The translations under genes and the position numbers were made by a program. A stretch of DNA of 29,141 nucleotides. It comes from Dehalococcoidia bacterium CG2_30_46_19. GTDB lineage: Bacteria > Chloroflexota > Dehalococcoidia > GIF9 > AB-539-J10. The notes under the pieces were generated by a model. It was not told where the DNA came from, did no database searches, and was given only the letters and a program-made list of their open reading frames with translations. The stretch spans positions 1 through 29,141 of the forward strand of contig MNYD01000069.1 of assembly GCA_001872925.1 (NCBI GenBank), given 5' to 3'. Below, piece after piece: positions 7,424-14,784 of this stretch; within the stretch, counting starts at the first letter, position 1, and every line of letters begins with the position of its first letter.

Positions 7424-8780
7424 TTCCTAAGAAATCATCCATATAAACTACCTCGCCATCGACTATGGTCGCCATTACCTTGCCTTTAAACTTACAGCCA
7501 TCGAAAGGAGTATTCTTCCCTTTAGAAGCAAATTTGCTGCTGTCCACAACCCATTCCCGGTCTGGGTCAAATATAGTGATATTAGCCGGAGAGCCTACCT
7601 TCAACATGCCTAATTCGCCGCCTTTGCCAACTATCCTTGCTGGCTCACAGGTTAGCTTGGAAATCAAGGTAACTAAACCTATCTCCCCTTTATGAACCAG
7701 GCCCATAAGAGCGCCAAAAGCGGTCTCAAACCCGCTAATGCCGAAGGCAGCCATTTCCAGGCCACAATCCTTATCCGCCAGAGTATGCGGGGCATGGTCA
7801 GTGGCAATAGCATCAAGCACCCCATTTTTTAATCCTTCTATCAAGCAAGTTATGTCATCCTCAGTGCGCAAAGGCGGGTTTACCTTGGCATTAGTATCAT
7901 ATTGAGATTGCTTCGCTCCGCTCGCAATGACATTGTTGCCTTTGCCCCAGTCCTTGCCCATTATCCTTTCCTCAGTCAATGTTAAATGGTGAGGAGTAAC
8001 CTCAGCAGTTACCAAAATTCCTTCTTCCTTAGCACGACGTATAAGCTCAACAGAGCCACAAGTACTTACATGGGCAATATGAATCCTGGCATTAGCTAGC
8101 TTCGCCAGAGCCAGGTCACGGGCTACTATCATTTCCTCTGCACTCGCTGGAATTCCCCGAAGGCCCAACTTTGTAGACACCCAACCTTCATTTACAACAC
8201 CACCGTTACTCAGCCTTCTATCCTCACAATGGTCAACAATCGGCAAGCCAAGGGCGCAGCTATACTCAAGAGCACGATGCATAACTTGTGAACTAACCAC
8301 TGGAGCACCATCATCACTGAAAGCAACTACTCCAGCCTCAGCCAGTTCAGCCATATCGCAGACTTCCTTTCCACTTCTCCCTTTAGTGACACAACCTATA
8401 GGAAAGACATGAACAATGCCCTCTTCGGCAGCTTTTTGTTTCACCCACTCCACCATAGCTCGATTATCAATAGGTGGATTTGTGTTTGCCATGCAACAGA
8501 CGGCAACAAAGCCACCCGCAGCGGCTGCCTTTGTCCCTGTAGCGATTGTCTCCTTCTCCTCAAATCCCGGCTCACGAAGATGGCAATGAAGGTCTATGAA
8601 GCCAGGACAAACGGCCCACCCCGTGGCATCGATTACCAGAGGTTGCTTCGCTGCGCTCACAATGACAATTGGTATCCCCTTCCCCAATTGTGTGATTTTG
8701 CCTTCATCAATAACCAAATCGGCAACCTGGTTCATACCCCGGCCAGGGTCAATTAAGTTCCCATTCTTAATCAGTATCAT
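7380..8780 (-). CDS. pyrC: Dihydroorotase (type I, multifunctional-complex type), with repeat insertions
   Basis: PGFIDLHCHLREPG, FSDDG, DHCED, HIAHVS, EVTPHHL, KVNPPLR, ATDHAPH, SKGKNTPF. Confidence 0.96.
   Translation of the reverse strand: MILIKNGNLIDPGRGMNQVADLVIDEGKITQLGKGIPIVIVSAAKQPLVIDATGWAVCPGFIDLHCHLREPGFEEKETIATGTKAAAAGGFVAVCCMANTNPPIDNRAMVEWVKQKAAEEGIVHVFPIGCVTKGRSGKEVCDMAELAEAGVVAFSDDGAPVVSSQVMHRALEYSCALGLPIVDHCEDRRLSNGGVVNEGWVSTKLGLRGIPASAEEMIVARDLALAKLANARIHIAHVSTCGSVELIRRAKEEGILVTAEVTPHHLTLTEERIMGKDWGKGNNVIASGAKQSQYDTNAKVNPPLRTEDDITCLIEGLKNGVLDAIATDHAPHTLADKDCGLEMAAFGISGFETAFGALMGLVHKGEIGLVTLISKLTCEPARIVGKGGELGMLKVGSPANITIFDPDREWVVDSSKFASKGKNTPFDGCKFKGKVMATIVDGEVVYMDDFLGSHYAQISSPLTGED
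7905..7932 (-). repeat. Family A core (28 bp) in frame in pyrC, encodes VIASGAKQS
   Basis: TGTCATTGCGAGCGGAGCGAAGCAATCT. Identical to the carA copy but read in a different frame. Confidence 0.95.
8640..8667 (-). repeat. Family A core (28 bp) in frame in pyrC, encodes VIVSAAKQP
   Basis: TGTCATTGTGAGCGCAGCGAAGCAACCT, three mismatches to 7905-7932. Confidence 0.9.
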
Positions 8781-8784
8781 CTCG

Positions 8785-10179
8785 TTACCTTTGCTGCGCT
8801 TTCGCTGAAGGACGAAAGCCTCTCTCCTGTGCTTTCTCTTCGGAATCGAAAAAAACGCTGTTAGAGACTTTGATTTGCCCGGCCCGAATATCTTGACACG
8901 CGTAATATATCCTGGATTTTAAATTGCCGACGTAGTTGGGCTGCTTTTCATAGTCGCAATACACACATCTGAGGGTTAAAGGCTTGTTACCACAAACAAC
9001 GAATTCAGGAGCTATATAGCGAGCTTCATGAACAGATACGCAGGCGGGATTTTCACACCTACTACCTAAATCGCTGCGGTAGATTTCAGGCTGAGTGACT
9101 ACCTCAGGTAATGTTCTTTCTGCAGGAGCCTCCGCTTGCTGCATGCCAAGCAACAAAGCTATCAACGCCATCCTCACTGCTACCCCATGGGCTGCTTGTT
9201 CGAAATACATACTTCTCGGGTCAGCATCAATTTCGCATGCTATCTCGTCAAGTCGAGGTAGCGGATGTAAAACAAGTGCCCGCTTGAGCTCTTTCCTTTT
9301 AAGAACACCCTTATCCACAACAGGGTAAGCTTTTCTGGTATCTCCCTGGGCATCAGAAAATCTCTCCTGTTGAAGCCTTGTCATGTAGAGAGCATCCACC
9401 CCTTTCAAGTCAACTTCAGCACGGAGGTCAGGTATCAACGCCAGGTCATGGGAGGTCCCTGGTGTAACATAAATGGCATCCAGGGTAGCACTCGCTTTGC
9501 CACTACCTCCCAAGGCTAAAGCCACCGAGGATAAATTACGACCTGTAGGTCTTCTAAGCACCCCGTTATATTCCGTGGTCAGCTTTCTAAGGACATACTC
9601 CGGTGGACCAAGACCGGGGCTAGAGTAAAACACGATAGTTGCTCCAAATCTAGCTAACATATATGCCAGGGAATGTGTTGTTCTTCCATATTTCAAATCC
9701 CCGCAAAGCGCAATAGTCAATCCTTTAATCTTCCCCCTTGCTTTCTTAATGGTATAGATGTCGCATAAGGTCTGCGTGGGGTGCTCATGACTGCCATCCC
9801 CAGCATTTATTACGGGAACACCAGCATATTCAGCAGCCACTCTGGCAGCCCCTTCCCAGGGATGCCTGATAACAATTATATCGGCATATTTCCCAACCAC
9901 TCTGGCCATGTCAGCGATGCTCTCGCCTTTAGACAACGAAGTTGTCTTAGTATCCACAGCACCGATGACACTGCCACCGAGCCTTTGCATGGCAGCTTCA
10001 AAAGATAATCGAGTTCTCGTGCTGGGTTCGAAAAATAGACTTGCCAGAATTTTACCCTGGCATAAATCTAACTTGCTCCCTTTACTATCCCGCATCTTAT
10101 TCGCCAAAGAAAGGATACCTTCTACCTCACCGTTAGATACATCATTTATGCTTACCAAACTTCTGCCTGCTAGACTCAT
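8785..10179 (-). CDS. pyrB: Aspartate carbamoyltransferase catalytic chain with C-terminal PyrI-like Zn domain and Ada-like domain
   Basis: FFEPSTRTRLSFE, HPTQTL, GDLKYGRT and HPLP. C-terminal CENPAC...LRCVYCD and FFDSEEKAQERGFRP. 464 aa against about 310 aa for a typical PyrB. Confidence 0.92.
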   Translation of the reverse strand: MSLAGRSLVSINDVSNGEVEGILSLANKMRDSKGSKLDLCQGKILASLFFEPSTRTRLSFEAAMQRLGGSVIGAVDTKTTSLSKGESIADMARVVGKYADIIVIRHPWEGAARVAAEYAGVPVINAGDGSHEHPTQTLCDIYTIKKARGKIKGLTIALCGDLKYGRTTHSLAYMLARFGATIVFYSSPGLGPPEYVLRKLTTEYNGVLRRPTGRNLSSVALALGGSGKASATLDAIYVTPGTSHDLALIPDLRAEVDLKGVDALYMTRLQQERFSDAQGDTRKAYPVVDKGVLKRKELKRALVLHPLPRLDEIACEIDADPRSMYFEQAAHGVAVRMALIALLLGMQQAEAPAERTLPEVVTQPEIYRSDLGSRCENPACVSVHEARYIAPEFVVCGNKPLTLRCVYCDYEKQPNYVGNLKSRIYYACQDIRAGQIKVSNSVFFDSEEKAQERGFRPSAKAQQR

Positions 10180-10244
10180 CTAATTCACCCCCTACCTATT
10201 TACCTTTTACTTTCCAGGCCAATTTCATTTTTTATCAATGCTAC

Positions 10245-10784
10245 TCACTTCTCAGTTGAATTTGTTATAGCTACCCCATCCTCACCATCTACCTCTTTAA
10301 CATACACCTCGACTTTCTCCGCCCGCGAGGTTGGTATATTCTTGCCTACATAGTCAGCTCGGACAGGAAGCTCACGGTGACCGCGGTCAATAAGAACAGC
10401 CAGTTGTATAGAGCTAGGGCGGCCTAAATCGATAAGCGCATCCATAGCTGCCCGAATGCTTCTTCCGGTATAAAGGACATCGTCTACCAAGACCACTTGT
10501 TTATCAGTTACATCAACGGGAATATTGGTGTGCTTAGCCGGTTTTGACTCCAGGAAAGAAACGTCGTCTCGATAAGAGTTAATATCCAGAACACCAACAG
10601 GAACCCGGACACCTTCAAAACCCTGGATTATATCGGCTAATCGGTGTGCCAACGGCACTCCCCGAGTCCACATGCCCACGATAAGAAGATTTTCAGCACC
10701 CTTATTCTTCTCTACAATCTCATGAGCAACGCGCACCAAAGCCCGCCCTATATCCTCCGAGGTCATGAGGAGCTTTCGCGGCAT
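10245..10784 (-). CDS. pyrR: Pyrimidine attenuation regulator / uracil phosphoribosyltransferase
   Basis: RIAHEI-like [51 protein letters not shown]. The likely start is ATG 10784, just after the leader terminator. Confidence 0.96.
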   Translation of the reverse strand: MPRKLLMTSEDIGRALVRVAHEIVEKNKGAENLLIVGMWTRGVPLAHRLADIIQGFEGVRVPVGVLDINSYRDDVSFLESKPAKHTNIPVDVTDKQVVLVDDVLYTGRSIRAAMDALIDLGRPSSIQLAVLIDRGHRELPVRADYVGKNIPTSRAEKVEVYVKEVDGEDGVAITNSTEK

Positions 10785-10785
10785 T

Positions 10786-10821
10786 AAAAAAGCCTCCTGC
10801 CACAGAACTGGCAAGAGGCTT
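10786..10821 (-). terminator. Attenuator terminator of the pyr leader
   Basis: AAGCCTCTTGCCA-gttctg-TGGCAGGAGGCTT followed by a U-tract. The pyrR RBS (AGGAGG) lies in the 3' arm. Confidence 0.85.
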
Positions 10822-10856
10822 CATTAGATTTTGCTAACCTTTGCGTTATCAAAACT

Positions 10857-10889
10857 CCCCTTACCAGCCTCTCCGGACTGATTTAAAGG
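10857..10889 (-). promoter_or_regulatory. PyrR-binding loop (anti-antiterminator)
   Basis: CCTTTAAATCAGTCCGGAGAGGCTGGTAAGGGG contains AGUCCGGAGAGGCU, which matches the PyrR consensus ARUCCNGNGAGGYU. Its AGAGGCU can alternatively pair with AGCCUCU in the terminator 5' arm (10814-10820). Confidence 0.88.
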
Positions 10890-10897
10890 TCTATATG

Positions 10898-10926
10898 ATT
10901 TTACCAAATTTATACTAATGATGCAA
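10898..10926 (-). promoter_or_regulatory. Putative sigma70-type promoter of the pyr operon
   Basis: TTGCAT-N17-TAAAAT, placed so that transcription would start just before the PyrR loop. Confidence 0.65.
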
Positions 10927-10951
10927 TAAATTACCCCCCCAAAAAAATAAA

Positions 10952-10981
10952 TTGTATTTTCGCTAAATCAGATGTTAATAT
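10952..10981 (+). promoter_or_regulatory. Putative sigma70-type promoter of the arg operon
   Basis: TTGTAT-N18-TAATAT with an extended -10 TG. It would give a short leader before argJ. Confidence 0.45.
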
Positions 10982-11002
10982 CGTCAGATAAGAAATATAC
11001 CA

Positions 11003-12205
11003 ATGGATTTCCCCTTAATTCCTTCGGGCACAGTTACTTCGGTGCCAGGATTTCTCGCTGGTGCAATCCATGCTGGAATAAAGGAAAAAGACGAACCTGA
11101 CCTCGCCATCCTTTATTCCAAGATGCCCTGTGTTGCTGCTGGCGTTTTCACCACCAACCTGATTAAATCAGCCCCGGTCACCCTATCCCAAAGACACCTA
11201 ACACAAAGAACGGCAAGGGCAATCGTGGTAAATTCAGGCTGTGCCAACGCTTGCCTTGGAGAACAAGGGGCAAAGGATGCTGCAGAAATGGCAAGACTAA
11301 CTGCAGAAAAGTTAGGCATACCTTCCGAGGAAATACTTGTAGCCAGCACGGGCGTGATTGGAAAGCCACTGCCTATGAGCCAGCTCAGAAACGGGTTCCC
11401 GAAAGTAAAGCTCCGTCAAGATGGCGGTCATGAACTAGCCAGAGCAATGATGACCACAGATACTATGCCCAAGGAAATAGCACTTAAAGTTGAGACAAAA
11501 GAAGGTAAGTTTACCCTCGCCGGGGTAGCTAAAGGCGCAGGCATGATACATCCTGAATTAGCCACCTTGCTTTGCTTCATAACCACCGATGCTGCGATAG
11601 ATGCTGATTTCTTGCAACAATCATTAAAGAAAGCGGTTGATGTTTCCTTTAACATGCTCAGCATTGACGGCGAAACCAGTCCTAGCGACTGTGTATTTTT
11701 GTTAGCTAATGGCTTGGCAAGAAATACTGGAATTAGCTTCAATAACGGCGAGGCTTTTCAAAACGCTCTAGGTGAAGTTTGCACTTATTTAGCTAAATCA
11801 ATAGCTCAAGATGGTGAAGGAGCAACCAGGCTCATTGAAGTTACTGTGGAAGGAGCGGTAAATCAAACCGATGCACGCCAGGCAGCCCGGACCATTGTTG
11901 GCGCTCCCCTGGTGAAAACAGCGATACACGGCAGTGACCCTAATTGGGGACGCATTGCTGCTGCCGTGGGGCGAAGCGGAGCAAAGGTGACGGAAGGCAA
12001 ACTGGACATCTATCTGAACGATATATGTGTTATGAAGCAAGGTCGCCCAATACCATTTGACCAAGATGAGTTGCGTGCATCTTTGGCAACAGCTAACAAA
12101 GTGCCTATCAAGGTGTATCTTAACCTAGGCGACGGCAGAGCCACTGCTTGGGGCTGTGACCTATCTGAAGAATATGTTAGGATAAATAGCGAGTATACTA
12201 CTTGA
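11003..12205 (+). CDS. argJ: Bifunctional ornithine acetyltransferase / N-acetylglutamate synthase
   Basis: VNSGCANAC, ASTGVIG, MTTDT, KGAGMIHPELAT (autoproteolytic Thr retained), [33 protein letters not shown]. Confidence 0.97.
   Translation: MDFPLIPSGTVTSVPGFLAGAIHAGIKEKDEPDLAILYSKMPCVAAGVFTTNLIKSAPVTLSQRHLTQRTARAIVVNSGCANACLGEQGAKDAAEMARLTAEKLGIPSEEILVASTGVIGKPLPMSQLRNGFPKVKLRQDGGHELARAMMTTDTMPKEIALKVETKEGKFTLAGVAKGAGMIHPELATLLCFITTDAAIDADFLQQSLKKAVDVSFNMLSIDGETSPSDCVFLLANGLARNTGISFNNGEAFQNALGEVCTYLAKSIAQDGEGATRLIEVTVEGAVNQTDARQAARTIVGAPLVKTAIHGSDPNWGRIAAAVGRSGAKVTEGKLDIYLNDICVMKQGRPIPFDQDELRASLATANKVPIKVYLNLGDGRATAWGCDLSEEYVRINSEYTT
12139..12192 (+). repeat. 54-bp perfect direct repeat, copy 1 (inside the argJ 3' end)
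   Basis: AGCCACTGCTTGGGGCTGTGACCTATCTGAAGAATATGTTAGGATAAATAGCGA, identical to 12730-12783. Confidence 0.97.
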
Positions 12206-12266
12206 GGACAGTAATGAAACTGCCTTCAACAAACTAAGCTTATTGTTGTATAATTAAGAAAGGAAA

Positions 12267-12641
12267 ATGAAGGAAGCATCAAGGTATCTTAAAAATGCAA
12301 GGGAGATATTATTATCTGCTCCCAAAGAGGATAGTACCTATACCGATATTAAGCCTGTCCAAGAGGCATGTGGCACTGCATATCTTGCCGTACTTAAAGC
12401 TGTAGATGAATATTTGTTAGCTAAAGGCGTGGATAAAAAAGAATTGCCCAAATCTGTAGATGGGTATAGGGAGTTGCTGAGAAAGTATGCCCTTATACAC
12501 AACGGGAAGCTAGTAAGAGAATTTGAGAAAGTTTATGATATTCTGCATATTGCGGGTTATTATAGAGGGCTTTTATGGGATGTGAATGTAGTTAAAGAGG
12601 CTTTTAAGGCCGCGGAGTCTTTTATTACTAAGCTGGAATAA
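12267..12641 (+). CDS. DUF5618 / PaREP1-like small helical (HEPN-like fold) protein
   Basis: EASRYLKNAREIL...Y.D.K.V..ACGTAYLAVL.A...Y..LHIAGYY pattern, recalled from that family. AT-rich, with its own RBS. Confidence 0.6.
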   Translation: MKEASRYLKNAREILLSAPKEDSTYTDIKPVQEACGTAYLAVLKAVDEYLLAKGVDKKELPKSVDGYRELLRKYALIHNGKLVREFEKVYDILHIAGYYRGLLWDVNVVKEAFKAAESFITKLE

Positions 12642-12674
12642 AACTTTAATCCCTTATTCTTAAAGTGGAAATAA

Positions 12675-12796
12675 CCCACGCAAAGCTGCAACATATTCAT
12701 CAAACTAGACCTAGATTTAGAGATAATAAAGCCACTGCTTGGGGCTGTGACCTATCTGAAGAATATGTTAGGATAAATAGCGAATATACAACGTAA
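12675..12796 (+). pseudogene. argJ: Displaced second argJ 3' end (about 40 codons, one -1 frameshift), containing direct repeat copy 2 (12730-12783)
   Basis: Translates as [10 protein letters not shown](G)[24 protein letters not shown] against [36 protein letters not shown] in argJ. Confidence 0.85.
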
Positions 12797-12815
12797 CACC
12801 AGGTTACCTCGACGT

Positions 12816-13589
12816 ATGAAACCACTGGTAGTTAAAATAGGCGGTAGCACTTTAGGCAACCGGGATACCGTCCTGAAGGACTTAGCAGCACTCCAAAAGC
12901 AAGGGATGCCCTTAGTGGTGGTTCACGGTGGTGCTCAAGAGGTTTCCCATTGGCTTGCCAGGCTTGGCATTCCCACGAGCTTCATAAATGGGCTGAGAGT
13001 TACCGATGCTGAGACCTTAAAGGTAGTTGCCGCAATACTTGGCGGCCTGGTTAATAAAGAGCTGGTGGTCGGCATTCAAGCCTTAAACGGAAAAGCAATA
13101 GGCATAAGCGGAAGTGATGGCAATTTGCTCCGGGCAAAGCTCAAAAACTCCGAGCTGGGCTACACTGGTGAAATTATAGCCACTGACCCTACCCCATTGA
13201 ACATACTGCTACAATCAGGATATATGCCCGTGGTAGCACCAATAAGCTTTGGGGAAGTCAACGGGAAGTTAACATTGCTCAATGTCAACGGCGATACCGC
13301 TGCTGGAGAAATAGCTGCCGCATTAGCGGCACAGAAACTCATCTTCCTTACCGATGTTGATGGCGTCTACGACAGCTCCGGAAAGATAATTCCCAGACTT
13401 AATATTGATGAGGCAAACAAAATGCTCGCCCGTAGCACAGCCTCCGGGGGGATGTCTCCCAAGATAGAAGCGAGCCTGAAGGCTCTTTCATCAACACCCC
13501 TGGTGCGCATCATCAATGGCAAAATACCCCGCGCTTTACTCAACGAGATGGAGAACGGGATTGGAGGAACAAGCATTGTCCCAAAGTAA
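12816..13589 (+). CDS. argB: Acetylglutamate kinase
   Basis: VVKIGGS, VVVHGG, GLRVTD, NVNGDTAAG, FLTDVDGV, GGMSPK. Confidence 0.97.
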   Translation: MKPLVVKIGGSTLGNRDTVLKDLAALQKQGMPLVVVHGGAQEVSHWLARLGIPTSFINGLRVTDAETLKVVAAILGGLVNKELVVGIQALNGKAIGISGSDGNLLRAKLKNSELGYTGEIIATDPTPLNILLQSGYMPVVAPISFGEVNGKLTLLNVNGDTAAGEIAAALAAQKLIFLTDVDGVYDSSGKIIPRLNIDEANKMLARSTASGGMSPKIEASLKALSSTPLVRIINGKIPRALLNEMENGIGGTSIVPK

Positions 13590-14784
13590 CGACTGGCAAA
13601 AGCTGGCGGACAGGTTATTTCTAAACACCATAACCAGATTCCCCGTGACTTTAGTTCGTGGGGAAGGAGCCCGAGTATGGGATGACCAGGGCAAACAATA
13701 TCTTGATTTCGTCGGTGGCTGGGCCGTTAATAGTCTGGGACACTGCCATCCTGCTTTAGTAAACGCTCTGGAAGAACAGGCTAAAACGCTTATCCAGGCA
13801 TCCAACCAGTTTTATACCGTCCCGGCGATAAAGCTAGCCCAGCTTCTGGTGGAAAATAGCTGTCTTGACAGGGTTTTCTTCTGCAACAGCGGCACTGAGG
13901 CTAATGAAGGTGCGGTGAAGCTAGCTAGAAAATACGGCAAAATTCATCTCAAAGGTGCTTATGAAATTATCACGACCTATGGTTCCTTTCACGGCAGAAC
14001 ACTGGCTATGACTGCAGCTACAGGGCAACGTAAATTTCAGGACCCGTACACCCCTTTGCCTGACGGCTTCATAAACGTGGAGTATAACGACCTTGAAGCG
14101 ATAAAGAGAGCCACAAATGAGAGAACCTGCGGGGTAATGCTGGAGCCAATTCAGGGCGAAGGTGGAGTCAATGTGCCAGATGATGACTATCTTAAAAAGG
14201 TGGAGGATTGGTGTCACCAGAAAGGAATCCTGTTCATTTTAGACGAAGTTCAAACTGGAATTGGACGCACAGGAACCCTCTTTGCCTATGAGCAATATAA
14301 TGTCGAACCGGATATAATGACCTTAGCCAAGGGACTAGGAAGTGGCGTGCCAATTGGTGCCTTTTTAGCTAAAGAAAAAGCCTCGGTTTTCACTCCAGGT
14401 GAGCATGGCACCACCTTCGGCGGCAATCCATTGGTTTGCGCCGCCGCCTATGCTACCCTGAAATATATCATTGATAACGACATACCTGAAAAGGTTAACC
14501 GGGTAGGAAAGTATTTTATGACCGAATTAGAAACCCTGAAGCAGCAATTTGATTTTATTACCGAAGTAAGGGGCAAAGGACTCTTGATAGCTATGGAATT
14601 TGACCGCGAGATTGCTCAGGATGTGACTATGTCCTGCCTTAATAAAGGCTTGCTGATTAATAAACTAACGCCAAATGCTATCCGGTTTATACCTCCTCTT
14701 ATCATCACTGAAAAGGAGGTAGATGAAGCAGTCAACATTTTGAGAAATATTTTCAATGAGAAAGGAAAGAAATGGACAAAGTAG
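13576..14784 (+). CDS. argD: Acetylornithine aminotransferase
   Basis: YLDFVGGWAVNSLGH, NSGTEANE, SFHGRT, EPIQGEGG, DEVQTG and TLAKGL (PLP Lys). The likely start is TTG 13576, with RBS GGAGGA 7 nt upstream. Confidence 0.95.
   Translation: MSQSNDWQKLADRLFLNTITRFPVTLVRGEGARVWDDQGKQYLDFVGGWAVNSLGHCHPALVNALEEQAKTLIQASNQFYTVPAIKLAQLLVENSCLDRVFFCNSGTEANEGAVKLARKYGKIHLKGAYEIITTYGSFHGRTLAMTAATGQRKFQDPYTPLPDGFINVEYNDLEAIKRATNERTCGVMLEPIQGEGGVNVPDDDYLKKVEDWCHQKGILFILDEVQTGIGRTGTLFAYEQYNVEPDIMTLAKGLGSGVPIGAFLAKEKASVFTPGEHGTTFGGNPLVCAAAYATLKYIIDNDIPEKVNRVGKYFMTELETLKQQFDFITEVRGKGLLIAMEFDREIAQDVTMSCLNKGLLINKLTPNAIRFIPPLIITEKEVDEAVNILRNIFNEKGKKWTK

Noticed and set aside
10934-10947. C7-A7 homopolymer tract as a phase-variation switch
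   Set aside because: It lies between the two divergent -35 boxes, not in a spacer or ORF, so a length change has no clear effect.
10890-11002. ArgR (ARG box) operator upstream of argJ
   Set aside because: I found no convincing TGMAT-N4-ATKCA palindrome, and AT-richness alone is not enough.
13516-13575. Longer N-terminus of argD, and likewise of pyrR (10814), yjbQ (929), carA (7378) and argS (26768), as in the ORF track
   Set aside because: Downstream starts fit RBS position, stop/start overlaps and family length better.
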